Positions 37,484 to 47,234 of a DNA stretch of 64,000 nt are shown one piece after another. This stretch comes from Candidatus Binatia bacterium. Lineage in GTDB: Bacteria > Desulfobacterota > Binatia > UBA9968 > JAJDTQ01. The stretch is from the NCBI GenBank assembly GCA_963666515.2, contig OY762897.2, positions 1,120,001-1,184,000 of the forward strand, in the 5' to 3' direction. How positions within the stretch are numbered: the first letter of the stretch is position 1; each line of letters begins with the position of its first letter. The notes below the pieces were generated by a model. It had not been told where the DNA came from. It did not search any database and worked only from the letters and a program-made list of their open reading frames with translations. The position numbers and the translations under genes are program-made.

Positions 37484-37554
37484 GGGCGACCGCGGGTCGC
37501 CCCTACAGGGGGTTCATCGCTGGGGCATGTGTAGGGGCGACCCGCGGTCGCCCC
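37481..37554. repeat. GTAG-family REP doublet (REPIN-like), copy 2
   Basis: Same arms and near-identical spacer (GGGTTCATCGCTGGG..ATGT) as 5635-5706. Confidence 0.85.
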
Positions 37555-37571
37555 AGGGCGAAGGGGGGCTT

Positions 37572-38405
37572 ATGAGAAGCATGACCGGTTTTGGTCAGGC
37601 GATCCTCCAGGACCGGCAGGTCAAGGTTTCCGTGCAGATCCGCAGCGTCAACCACCGGCACGCGGACGTCCACCTGCGCGTGCCGAAGCTCTACCTGAGC
37701 CTCGAAGACGAGTTGCGCGAGCAGGCCCGCGCGAGGATCCACCGGGGGCGCGCGGACATCTTCGTCGACCGGACCGCGCTCAAGGGGCGCGGCTATCGGC
37801 TGGAGGTGGACGACGCCCTCATGGAGCAGTACTGCGAAGCGCTGCGGCGCATCAAGCAGCGGTTCCACCTCCAGGGCGACATCGATCTCCAGTTGGTGCC
37901 GCGGCTCCCCGACCTGTTCCAGTTCAAGGAGCCGGACCACGTCGAGGGAAGCGAGAAGCGCCTGGTGCTGCGGGCGCTGGACAACGCCCTGAAGAACCTC
38001 ACCCGCTCCCGCGACCGCGAGGGGCGCAATCTCAAGCGCGACATGACCGCGGAGGCGCGCCGGCTGAGCCGCGCGTCCAGGCAGTTGGGGCGTTGCGCCG
38101 AGGCCATCGACCAGCGCCTTCAGGAACAGGGCGCCGCAGCCGCGCCCGGCGAAGCCGGCAGCGGGACCTTCAAGGGCAGCATCAACGAGGAGGTGGTCCG
38201 GCTGGGTAGCCACGTGGAGATGCTCGCGGGCCTCATGCGGGAGCGTGAGCCGGTGGGCAAGAAGATCGATTTCCTGCTCCAGGAGGTGCAGCGCGAGCTG
38301 ACCACCATCGGCGCCAAGGCGCCGCAGCTCGACGTGGTCCGCCTGGTGCTGGGCGGCAAGGAAAGCGTGGAGAAGATTCGCGAACAGGTCCAGAACGTGG
38401 AATGA
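37572..38405 (+). CDS. yicC: YicC/YloC family endoribonuclease
   Basis: MRSMTGFG, RSVNHR, EEVVRL.SH, GKKIDFLLQE, REQVQNVE. Confidence 0.92.
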   Translation: MRSMTGFGQAILQDRQVKVSVQIRSVNHRHADVHLRVPKLYLSLEDELREQARARIHRGRADIFVDRTALKGRGYRLEVDDALMEQYCEALRRIKQRFHLQGDIDLQLVPRLPDLFQFKEPDHVEGSEKRLVLRALDNALKNLTRSRDREGRNLKRDMTAEARRLSRASRQLGRCAEAIDQRLQEQGAAAAPGEAGSGTFKGSINEEVVRLGSHVEMLAGLMREREPVGKKIDFLLQEVQRELTTIGAKAPQLDVVRLVLGGKESVEKIREQVQNVE

Positions 38406-39022
38406 CGGTCTCGATTCGAAGCTTTGCCGGGCGCCGTCCGGGGATCGTGTTCATCGTCTCGGCGCCCTCCGGCGCGGGCAAGACGACGTTGACCCGGAAA
38501 GTCCTCAGCGTCTATCCGGAGATGAGCCTGTCGGTGTCCTGCACGACCCGGCGTCCAAGGGAAGGGGAGACGCCGGGCGAGGACTACCACTTCGTCTCGG
38601 AGAAACGTTTCAGGCAGATGCTCTCGGCGGGCGATTTCGCCGAGTGGGCGGAGGTTCACGGCAGTCTTTACGGGACGCCGCGCCGGGTGCTCGAACGGCA
38701 ACTCGGGCGCGGCCGGGACGTGCTGCTGGACATCGACGTGCAGGGCGCCCGCCAGATCAAGCGGCACTTCCTCAGCGCCGTGGCCATATTCGTGCTGCCG
38801 CCGTCGCTGGACGAACTGCGCCGCCGCCTTTCGGCCCGGGGGACCGATGCGCGCAAGACGATCCAGCAGCGTTGGCGCAACGCGCGGCATGAAATTCAGG
38901 AAATTCAGGGGTATGATTACTTCATCGTCAACCGGGACGTGGATGAGGCGGTAACCAGGCTTGCCGCCATCATCGCGGCCGAAAGGCTCAAGGTGTGCAG
39001 GTACATTCCGAAACAGAACTAA
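38402..39022 (+). CDS. gmk: Guanylate kinase
   Basis: SAPSGAGKTT, TTRRPREGE, YGT, DIDVQG. Confidence 0.96.
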   Translation: MTVSIRSFAGRRPGIVFIVSAPSGAGKTTLTRKVLSVYPEMSLSVSCTTRRPREGETPGEDYHFVSEKRFRQMLSAGDFAEWAEVHGSLYGTPRRVLERQLGRGRDVLLDIDVQGARQIKRHFLSAVAIFVLPPSLDELRRRLSARGTDARKTIQQRWRNARHEIQEIQGYDYFIVNRDVDEAVTRLAAIIAAERLKVCRYIPKQN

Positions 39023-41199
39023 GGCCCCGGCAACGGTCGAAACGCGTCGCCGCCAAAAGCGCCATCGGCGAGCTGGTCGACAAGGTCCTGCGATATCAGC
39101 CCGAGGCCGAAATCGAGCAGTTGCGCGAAGCCTACGAGTTCTCCTCGCGCGTGCACGAAGGACAGAAGCGCCTGTCCGGCGAGCCCTACGTGACCCATCC
39201 CCTGGCTGTGGCCGCCCTGCTCGCGGACCTGAAGCTCGACCTTCCCAGCATCATCGGCGGGATGCTCCACGACACGGTGGAGGACACGCTGGCCACGCTG
39301 CCCGAGATCGAGGCGGAGTTCGGCAAGGAGATAGCCACTCTGGTGGACGGAGTGACCAATCTGAGCCGCGTGGATTTCACGAGCCACGAGGAGAAGCAGG
39401 CGGAGAACTTCCGCAAGATGATCATGGCCATGGCCGCGGACATACGCGTGGTCCTCATCAAGCTGGCCGACCGCACCCACAACATGCGCACGCTCCAGCA
39501 TCTTCCCGTGGAGAAGCAGCGGCGCATCGCCCAGGAAACCCTGGACATCTACGCTCCCATCGCGCACCGGCTGGGCATCTACTGGATCAAGAGCGAACTG
39601 GAGGACTTGGCGCTCAAGCACGTCCGGCCGGAGATCTACACGCAGTTGAAACGGGACGTGGCGCAGAAGAAGAAGCACCGGGAGAAGTACACCAACGAGG
39701 TCATCTCGCGCATGGGCAAGGCGCTGGCGGAAGAAGGCATCGACGCGGAGGTCAGCGGCAGGCCAAAGCACTTCTACAGCATCTTCAAGAAAATGGAGAA
39801 CCAGAGCCTGGACTTCGGCCAGGTCTACGACCTGGTGGCGTTCCGCATCGTCGTGGACACCGTGCGCGAGTGCTACGAGTCCATGGGCGTGGTCCACGCC
39901 AAGTGGCGGCCGGTGCCGGGCCGGTTCAAGGACTACATCGCGCTGGCCAAGCCCAACATGTACCAGTCCCTGCACACCACCGTCATCGGTCCCAACGCCC
40001 AGCGCATCGAGATCCAGATCCGCACCCACGAGATGCATCGGGTGGCCGAGGAGGGCATCGCTTCCCACTGGCGCTACAAGAAGGGCAAGGACCTGCCGGT
40101 GACGGACATCCAGCGGTTCGCGTGGCTCCGGCAACTGCTCGAATGGCAGCAGAACCTTTCGGACCCGCAGGAGTTCCTCCACAGCATCAAGGAGGATCTG
40201 TTCCCGGACGAAGTCTACGTGTTCACGCCCAACGGCGACCTGCAGAGCTTCCCGAAAGGGGCCACCGTCGTCGATTTCGCCTACCGCATCCACTCCGATA
40301 TCGGCCAGCACTGCTCCGGGGCCCGAGTGAACGGCCGGCTCGTGCCGTTCAAGTACATCCTCAGGAGCGGCGACACCGTGGAGATCATCACGACGCAAGA
40401 GCAGACGCCCAGCCGGGACTGGCTGAAGGTGGCCAAGACCCCCCGCGCCAAGTCCCGCATCCGCGCCTGGATGGCGTCGCAGCAGCGGGAACGGAGCGTG
40501 GCCCTGGGACGCGAGCTCCTGGAAGGAGACTTCAGCCGTCACGGGCTGGAGTTCCACGACCTCCACAGCCGCGGCGCCGTCGATACCCTGGGAAGGGAAC
40601 TCGGCGTCAAGAACGAGGAGGGACTCCTGGCGAGCGTCGGCTACGGCAAGATCATGCCGCGCCAGGTTCTCGCCAAGCTGCTTCCGGCGGAGCAGCTCAA
40701 GGGCGACAGGAAGCAGCTCGAGGGCGGGCTCGAACGGCTCTTCCGGCTGGTGGGCTCACGGGACCGGGGGGTCCGCGTCAAGGGCATCGAGGACGTGCTG
40801 GTGCGTTTCGCGCGCTGCTGCCACCCGCTTCCGGGCGAGGATATCGCCGGCATCATCACCCGCGGGCGGGGCGTGACCGTGCACGTGGCCAGTTGCCCCA
40901 CGGGACTCGAGGCGGACCCCGAGAGGAGGGTCGAGGTGAGCTGGTCGGAGGACGCTCCGATGCCCCGCGCGGTGAAGATCGAGGTGAGCTGCGCAGACAA
41001 GCCCGGTCTGCTGGCGGCCATCAGCTCGGCCATCTCCGAGGCCGGCGTGAACATCGCCCGCGCTCACATACGCACGTTCGACGACAGGGCCATCAACACG
41101 TTCGAGATCATGATCGGAAGCTCCGATCAGTTGCGGAACGTGCTGCAGGACATCTCCAGGGTGAAGGGGGTGTACCGGGCGAACCGGGTCCAGGGGTAG
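38995..41199 (+). CDS. spoT: Bifunctional (p)ppGpp synthetase/hydrolase (long RSH)
   Basis: HD motif LHDTVED, RFKD synthetase motif, YQSLHT, TGS, CC and ACT domains. Confidence 0.95.
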   Translation: MQVHSETELRPRQRSKRVAAKSAIGELVDKVLRYQPEAEIEQLREAYEFSSRVHEGQKRLSGEPYVTHPLAVAALLADLKLDLPSIIGGMLHDTVEDTLATLPEIEAEFGKEIATLVDGVTNLSRVDFTSHEEKQAENFRKMIMAMAADIRVVLIKLADRTHNMRTLQHLPVEKQRRIAQETLDIYAPIAHRLGIYWIKSELEDLALKHVRPEIYTQLKRDVAQKKKHREKYTNEVISRMGKALAEEGIDAEVSGRPKHFYSIFKKMENQSLDFGQVYDLVAFRIVVDTVRECYESMGVVHAKWRPVPGRFKDYIALAKPNMYQSLHTTVIGPNAQRIEIQIRTHEMHRVAEEGIASHWRYKKGKDLPVTDIQRFAWLRQLLEWQQNLSDPQEFLHSIKEDLFPDEVYVFTPNGDLQSFPKGATVVDFAYRIHSDIGQHCSGARVNGRLVPFKYILRSGDTVEIITTQEQTPSRDWLKVAKTPRAKSRIRAWMASQQRERSVALGRELLEGDFSRHGLEFHDLHSRGAVDTLGRELGVKNEEGLLASVGYGKIMPRQVLAKLLPAEQLKGDRKQLEGGLERLFRLVGSRDRGVRVKGIEDVLVRFARCCHPLPGEDIAGIITRGRGVTVHVASCPTGLEADPERRVEVSWSEDAPMPRAVKIEVSCADKPGLLAAISSAISEAGVNIARAHIRTFDDRAINTFEIMIGSSDQLRNVLQDISRVKGVYRANRVQG

Positions 41200-41212
41200 G
41201 ACCTCCCCGGCG

Positions 41213-41404
41213 TCAGGCGACCTTCTCGACCTTCCCCGAGCGCAGGCACCGCGTGCACACGCGGATGCGTTGAACGGCGCCGTTCAACCTCGCGCGTACC
41301 TGCTGCAGGTTGGGGAGCCAGCGGCGCCGGGTCTTGTTGTTGGCGTGGCTGACGTTGTTTCCGACCGAGGGTCCCTTGCCGCAGATGGAGCATCTTCTTG
41401 CCAT
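41213..41404 (-). CDS. rpmB: 50S ribosomal protein L28 (zinc-binding form)
   Basis: [34 protein letters not shown]...[10 protein letters not shown]. Confidence 0.97.
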   Translation of the reverse strand: MARRCSICGKGPSVGNNVSHANNKTRRRWLPNLQQVRARLNGAVQRIRVCTRCLRSGKVEKVA

Positions 41405-41523
41405 GGCTGTTTTTTCGAATCCTTTCCGTCCGTTCAGTAGCAGTTCGGATGATATCACAGCGACGCCCGTTTGCGAAGCGTCGGCGATCCCGCACTCCTC
41501 TGTCACGCACCTGACGTATGTAA

Positions 41524-41552
41524 TTGTCTTTTGAATCACGTCATGCTAGTCA
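41524..41552 (+). promoter_or_regulatory. Sigma70-like promoter of the 41581 gene
   Basis: TTGTCT-N17-TAGTCA with extended TG, in AT-rich DNA. Confidence 0.45.
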
Positions 41553-41580
41553 TGAACGCATTCTTGAACAAGGGGGAAGT

Positions 41581-42009
41581 ATGGCTCTGGATTTGAAGGT
41601 CACCATAAGGCGAGAGATCGACCGTTTGAAGAAGGACTTGGCCGCCGCCAACGCGCGAACCGCCACGTTGCAGGACGAGATCAAGCAGCACGAACAGATC
41701 TACGACATGCTGGAGGGCAAGCCGAAGCCGGCCAAGCGGCCCGGGCGGCCCCGCGGTCCGAGAGCCGAAACGCAGAAGCGCGCTCCCCGTGGTCCGAGAG
41801 CCGGGACGCAGAAGCGCGGTCCCCGCGGTTCCATGATCGATTGGAACGCCGTTTTCGCAACCTTGCCCGGCGAGTTCACGCTCGATACCATCGAGGCCAA
41901 CAAGACCGCGAACGAGAAGCCGCGCGCGTACCTGAGGCAGGTGGTCGTCCGCTGGTCGAAAGAGGGGCGCATCAAGCGCACCGGCCGCGGCGTGTACCAG
42001 AAGACCTGA
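41581..42009 (+). CDS. Basic hypothetical protein: coiled coil, AT-hook-like linker, winged helix
   Basis: N-terminal heptads, KRPGRPRG, 12-aa repeats, C-terminal RWSKEGRIKRTGRGVY; AAGGGGG RBS. Confidence 0.7.
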   Translation: MALDLKVTIRREIDRLKKDLAAANARTATLQDEIKQHEQIYDMLEGKPKPAKRPGRPRGPRAETQKRAPRGPRAGTQKRGPRGSMIDWNAVFATLPGEFTLDTIEANKTANEKPRAYLRQVVVRWSKEGRIKRTGRGVYQKT

Positions 42010-42084
42010 CGCGATCGGATACGGGGCGGCTTCGGCCGGAACGAATGACTTTCAGACGGAACACTGCAGCGAGTGGAGGTAACG

Positions 42085-43527
42085 ATGCAATTCAATGACT
42101 GTCGCGAGTGGATCGACAAAGCGGATGCGATGGGAGAGCTCAAGACCCTGAAGGGCTGCGACTGGGATCTCGAGATCGGCGCCATCACCGAGATGGTGAT
42201 GCGCAGGGAAGACGGCCCGGCGGTGCTGTTCGACGAGATCAAGGACCACCCCAAGGGCTACCGCGTGCTGTCCAACTCGCTCAGCTCGCGCAAGCGTATC
42301 GGCTTGACGCTGAACCTGCCGCCGGGCGACAGCAAGATGGAGTTCGTCAACACGTGGCGCGAGCACTACAAGAACATCAAGCCCATCCCCGCCAAGGTGC
42401 TGAAGGACGGTCCGGTGTTCGAGAACGTCTTCGAGGACGGCAACATCGATCTGCTCAAATTCCCCACGCCCCGCTGGCACGAGCGGGACGGCGGCCGATA
42501 CATCGGCACCGGAAGCATCGACATCACCGCGGACCGGGACGAGGGCTGGACCAACTGGGGCACGTACCGGGTCATGGTCCACGACTCCGATACCGTGGGC
42601 TTCTACATCTCTCCGGGCAAGCACGGCCGCATACACCGGGACAAGTACCAGCAGACCGGCGAGTCCTTCAAGATGGCCATGTCCTTCGGCCACGACCCGC
42701 TGGTCTTCCTGGGCGGGAGCATCGAGGTGCCCTACGGGGTGCCCGAGTACGACTTCATCGGGGGTATCCGCGGAGAGCCCCTGGAAGTCGTCAAGGCGCC
42801 GTACTCGGGGCTGATGGTCCCCGCCAACGCCGAGATCGTCGTCGAAGGCGACGTCATCTTCGGCGAGGACCGGGTGGAGGGCCCGTTCGGCGAGTGGACC
42901 GGCTACTACGCCAGCGCCGAGCGGAACGAGCCCATCGTCAAGATCAAGCGCATGTACCACCGGAACGATCCCATCATCCTCGGCTCGCCTCCGGGAAGGC
43001 CCCCGGCCGAGCTGGGCTGGTACCGTTCGTATCTGCGCTCGGCGCTGATCTGGGACGAGATGGAAAAGGCCGGGGTGCCGGACGTGAAGGGCGTGTGGTT
43101 GATGGTGGCCGGCGGGAGCCGCCTGGTCATGGTCGTGTCCATCAAACAGCGTTATCCGGGCCATGCGCGCCAGGCCGCGGTGGTGGCCTCACAGTGCCAC
43201 GCCGGCGCCTACCTGGGCCGCTACGTCATCGTGGTGGACGACGACATCGACCCCTCCAACACGGACGACGTGATCTGGGCTATGGCGACGCGTTCGGACC
43301 CGGACGCCGACATCGACATCATCCGCCGCGCCTGGAGCGGACCCCTCGATCCCATTGTTCACCCCACGAAGAAGGGCTTCAATTCCCGCGCCATCATCGA
43401 CGCGTGCCGCCCGTACGAGTGGATGAGCGAGTTCCCGCCGGTGGCGGAATCGAGCCCGGAAGTGCTCGACGCCACCGCGAAGAAATGGGGCAAGGTGCTG
43501 TTCAGCAGCAACGGAGCCGGTTCGTAG
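42085..43527 (+). CDS. UbiD family decarboxylase #2
   Basis: DGGRYIGT, NWGTYR, PGKHG, EGPFGEWTGY, VVDDDID. Confidence 0.92.
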   Translation: MQFNDCREWIDKADAMGELKTLKGCDWDLEIGAITEMVMRREDGPAVLFDEIKDHPKGYRVLSNSLSSRKRIGLTLNLPPGDSKMEFVNTWREHYKNIKPIPAKVLKDGPVFENVFEDGNIDLLKFPTPRWHERDGGRYIGTGSIDITADRDEGWTNWGTYRVMVHDSDTVGFYISPGKHGRIHRDKYQQTGESFKMAMSFGHDPLVFLGGSIEVPYGVPEYDFIGGIRGEPLEVVKAPYSGLMVPANAEIVVEGDVIFGEDRVEGPFGEWTGYYASAERNEPIVKIKRMYHRNDPIILGSPPGRPPAELGWYRSYLRSALIWDEMEKAGVPDVKGVWLMVAGGSRLVMVVSIKQRYPGHARQAAVVASQCHAGAYLGRYVIVVDDDIDPSNTDDVIWAMATRSDPDADIDIIRRAWSGPLDPIVHPTKKGFNSRAIIDACRPYEWMSEFPPVAESSPEVLDATAKKWGKVLFSSNGAGS

Positions 43528-43541
43528 CCGCGGGCGTCGTC

Positions 43542-44390
43542 CTACGGCTTCTCTCGAGGCGGCGGGTCCACCACGACGGTGCGGGGCCCGCCGCCTCTCT
43601 GTATGCGGAAGGTGTGCCGGCGCCCTTCCGGGGCGGCGAGAGCTTCTCCCAACTCGCCGGTGTTGCGGACGGGCCGGCCGTTCACGCCGGTGATCACGTC
43701 GCCGCGCCGGAACCCGTGCTCCGAAGCGGCGCTTTCGGGTTCCACGTGGGCCACCAGCACGCCCTCCCGCAGTTTCGTGTCGAAAAGCTTTCCCAGTTCG
43801 GCGGTGAGGTCCTGCACGTGCATTCCCATGAGGCGCGTGACGCCGCGGCGTTGCCGGAACGCCCGGCTGTGGAACTCGGCGCTCTTCCGCAGCACTTGGG
43901 GCGTGGCGTAGATGGGCGCGCCCGTGCGCAACGCAACGGCGATGGCGTCGCTGGGGCGCGAATCGACCGTGATCCGCCGCGGTCCCGCCCTGATGGCGAT
44001 GGCCGCGAAATAGGTGTTCTCCTTCAGTTCCGTAATGGTGACCCGTTCCGGCGCCGCGCCGAGACCGTCCAGGAGGTTGCGGATCAGGTCGTGCGTATTG
44101 GGCCGGGAGGAGTGTTTCCCCTCCAGCGCGCGGGCGATGGAGGATGCCTCGGCCGCGCCGATCCAGATGGGCAGCAGCTTTCCGGTGCCTTCGAGGATCA
44201 CCACCGGCGTCCGGCTGAAGGGATCGACCACGACCTGCCTCACCTTCATGAGGACGTCCTCGCCGGTCGCGGCGGCGCCGTGGAGGGGCAGCAGCAGGCA
44301 GGCTCCGAGCAGGAGGGCCGGGAGGGCCGGTCCGCGCGCGGCCGGAAAGCGGCCTCGCGGGACCGGGGGCGCCGGTCGCGCATCTTCCAT
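43542..44390 (-). CDS. Bifunctional nuclease (DUF151) domain fused to a PDZ domain
   Basis: LPIWIG..EA, RP.THDL, DSRPSDAIA.A, followed by GVLV..V...S.A...G...GDVI..VNG. Start may be 44249. Confidence 0.82.
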   Translation of the reverse strand: MEDARPAPPVPRGRFPAARGPALPALLLGACLLLPLHGAAATGEDVLMKVRQVVVDPFSRTPVVILEGTGKLLPIWIGAAEASSIARALEGKHSSRPNTHDLIRNLLDGLGAAPERVTITELKENTYFAAIAIRAGPRRITVDSRPSDAIAVALRTGAPIYATPQVLRKSAEFHSRAFRQRRGVTRLMGMHVQDLTAELGKLFDTKLREGVLVAHVEPESAASEHGFRRGDVITGVNGRPVRNTGELGEALAAPEGRRHTFRIQRGGGPRTVVVDPPPREKP

Positions 44391-44497
44391 GGCGCCGACC
44401 TTATCCAGCGCGGGTTCGGGGTGTCAACAGGCCGCGCGTTGACCCGGAGGAAACCCGCGGGTTAGTCTCCGGGAATGGTTCCGGGAACGAGGACGCC

Positions 44498-46249
44498 ATG
44501 AAGATCGCGATGCTGCCGGACAACCTGATCGACCGCATCGCCGCCGGCGAAGTGGTGGAGCGGCCGGCGTCGGTGGTGAAGGAGCTGGTGGACAACGCGC
44601 TCGACGCCGGCGCCTCCGAGATCTCCGTCCTGGTGGAGGGCAACGGCACGTCTCTCATCAGGGTCAGCGACGACGGCGAGGGCGTGGCCGGCGAGGACGT
44701 CTCGCTGGCCTTCGAGCGGCACACCACCAGCAAGATCCGCAGCGAGGCGGATCTGGCGGAGATCGCCACCATGGGTTTCCGGGGGGAGGCCTTGCCCAGC
44801 ATCGCCTCGGTCGCGGCCGTGGAGATGGTGTCGCGTCCGGCGGCGCAGGAAACCGGCTGCCGTTACCGCGTCGAGAACGGACGCAAGGGCACTCCCGCGG
44901 CCGCTGGTTGTCCGGCCGGGACCACCGTGGAGGTGCGGGACCTGTTCTACCACGTTCCCGCCAGGCTCAAGTTCATGAAGTCTCCGCGCACGGAGATCCA
45001 GTACGTCAGCGACGTCGTCAACCGCACCGCGCTGGCCCATCCGTCCGTGCATTTCCGCCTGCATCACGGCGGCAAGAGGCTTGCGGACTACCCCGCCGCC
45101 AAGCAGCTCCGGGATCGGGTGCGGCAGGTCCTCGGCGACGCCGGCAGCGACCTGACGCCGTTCTCCCTCGACCGGGAGCACCTGCGCTGTGAGGGCTTCG
45201 CCAGCCAAGCGCCCAAGTCCTTCGGCAACTCCCGGTACATGACCACTTTCGTCAACGGCCGTTTCGTCCGGGACAAGTTGCTGAACCACGCCGTGCTGAA
45301 GGCTTACGAGACGTTGCTGATGAAGGGGCGCTACCCCGCGGTCGTCCTCTACCTGGAACTGCCTTACGGCCACGTGGACGTGAACGTCCACCCGGCCAAG
45401 ACCGAGGTGCGGTTCCGCCGGCAGTCCGATCTCTACGAGACGGTCCTGTCCGCGGTGCGGGGCGGTTTGAGGGCGGCGGCCCAGGGAAGCCCGCCGCCGA
45501 GCGGCCTGCCGGCGCCGCCGGAAGCCTGGCGCGGCGCCGGCGTCAGCGAACCCGCGGCGGAGTACCGCGCTTCGGCCGTCCACCCGGACCTGCCCCTGGA
45601 ACCGGTCCGCGCTCCTGCCGGCGCCGGATTCCGGGCCGGCGCGGAAGCGGCGCCGGCGGAGAGAGCGACTTTCGGGTCGTTGACCGTGGTCGGACAGGTG
45701 CTGGGCTGCTACATCCTTTGCCACGGCGACCCGGGCATGGTCCTCATCGACCAGCACGCGGCGCACGAGCGCATTGCGTTCCAGCGCATGCGCCAGGACC
45801 TCGAACGGGGCCGCATCGAAAGACAGGAGTTGTTGATGCCGCAGATCCTGGAGCTGCCCGTCACCGAGGCGGTGGTCCTGGAGGAGCGGCTCGGCGCCCT
45901 GGAGCGGGCCGGGTTCACCCTGGAGTCCTTCGGCCGGAACACCTTCTCGCTCAGGGCGGTGCCGGCCCTCCTCGCCGAAGGCGACTACCGCGACGCGGTG
46001 CGCGCCATGATCGGCGAGTTCGCCGAGACCGGCCGGTCCGCGGAGCTGCACCAGGGCTTTCAGGAGCGTCTCATGACCATCGCGTGCCACAGCGTGATCC
46101 GGGCCAGCCGCGTGCTCCAGAGGGAGGAGATGGAAGCGCTTCTCCGCCAGCTCGACGAGACCGAGTTCGCCACCCAGTGCCCCCACGGACGGCCGGTGAT
46201 GGTCCAGTTCAGCCGCGGCCAGTTGGAACGCATGTTCCGGCGCGCCTGA
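44498..46249 (+). CDS. mutL: DNA mismatch repair endonuclease MutL
   Basis: IAAGEVVERPASVVKEL, GFRGEAL, DQHAAHERIAFQ, ACH, CPHGRP. Confidence 0.97.
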   Translation: MKIAMLPDNLIDRIAAGEVVERPASVVKELVDNALDAGASEISVLVEGNGTSLIRVSDDGEGVAGEDVSLAFERHTTSKIRSEADLAEIATMGFRGEALPSIASVAAVEMVSRPAAQETGCRYRVENGRKGTPAAAGCPAGTTVEVRDLFYHVPARLKFMKSPRTEIQYVSDVVNRTALAHPSVHFRLHHGGKRLADYPAAKQLRDRVRQVLGDAGSDLTPFSLDREHLRCEGFASQAPKSFGNSRYMTTFVNGRFVRDKLLNHAVLKAYETLLMKGRYPAVVLYLELPYGHVDVNVHPAKTEVRFRRQSDLYETVLSAVRGGLRAAAQGSPPPSGLPAPPEAWRGAGVSEPAAEYRASAVHPDLPLEPVRAPAGAGFRAGAEAAPAERATFGSLTVVGQVLGCYILCHGDPGMVLIDQHAAHERIAFQRMRQDLERGRIERQELLMPQILELPVTEAVVLEERLGALERAGFTLESFGRNTFSLRAVPALLAEGDYRDAVRAMIGEFAETGRSAELHQGFQERLMTIACHSVIRASRVLQREEMEALLRQLDETEFATQCPHGRPVMVQFSRGQLERMFRRA

Positions 46250-46268
46250 CGGACCCCGGATCGGGATC

Positions 46269-47204
46269 ATGGCGGCCAGACCCAGGGTCATCCTGATGGT
46301 GGGCCCCACCGGCGTCGGCAAGACCGAAGCCGCGCTGGCCCTGGCGGAGCGGCTCGGCGCGGAGATCGTGAGCGCCGACTCGATGCAGGTGTACCGCTAC
46401 ATGGACATCGGCACCGCCAAGCCCACCGCGGCCCAACGGCGGCGCCGCCCGCACCACCTGCTCGACGTGGTGGATCCGGATCAGGACTTCAACGCCGCGC
46501 TGTACCGGGCGTGCGCCCTGGAAGCCCTGGAGGGGGTGTGGGCGCGGGGCCGCGCCGCGCTGGTGGCGGGCGGCACCGGCCTGTACGTGAAGGCGCTCAC
46601 TCGGGGCCTTTTCGCCGGCCCGGCGCGCGACCCGGCCCTGCGGGCCGATCTCGAGTGCGCCGCCGTCGATCACGGCCTGGGACACCTCTTCGAGCGCCTG
46701 AGACGGGTGGACCCGGAGGCCGCGGAGCGGATTCATCGCCGTGACCGCGTCCGCATCGTCCGGGCGCTGGAAGTGTTTCAGGGCACCGGAAAGCCGCTGA
46801 GCCGGTGGCAGCGTGAGCACGGGTTCGGCGACCGCTCCTTCGACGTGCTGGGGGTGGCGTTGGATCGGCCGCGCGCGGACCTGTACGAGCGCATCGACCG
46901 CCGTTGCCAGCGCATGATGACCGAGGGGTTGCTGGACGAGGTCCGGGACCTTCTCAGCCGGGGCTACGCACCGGCTCTGCGCAGCATGCAGAGCGTCGGC
47001 TACCGCCAGGCGGTTCAATGCCTCACGGGCCGCGTGAGCGAGAGGGAGGCGCTGTCGTCGATGCAGCAGGCCACGCGCCGGTTGGCAAAGCGTCAGCTCA
47101 CCTGGTTCCGGGCCGACCCGAGCCTCCGCTGGATGCACCCCGCCGGCATCGACGCCATCGACGAGCTGTGCCGCCGCTTTCTCGACGGCGCTTCAGTTGA
47201 CTAG
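46269..47204 (+). CDS. miaA: tRNA dimethylallyltransferase
   Basis: GPTGVGKT, DSMQVYRYMDIGTAKP, GGTGLY, AKRQLTWFR. Confidence 0.97.
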   Translation: MAARPRVILMVGPTGVGKTEAALALAERLGAEIVSADSMQVYRYMDIGTAKPTAAQRRRRPHHLLDVVDPDQDFNAALYRACALEALEGVWARGRAALVAGGTGLYVKALTRGLFAGPARDPALRADLECAAVDHGLGHLFERLRRVDPEAAERIHRRDRVRIVRALEVFQGTGKPLSRWQREHGFGDRSFDVLGVALDRPRADLYERIDRRCQRMMTEGLLDEVRDLLSRGYAPALRSMQSVGYRQAVQCLTGRVSEREALSSMQQATRRLAKRQLTWFRADPSLRWMHPAGIDAIDELCRRFLDGASVD

Positions 47205-47234
47205 CCTCAGGTTTGATGTTAGCAGCCTGTGGAC

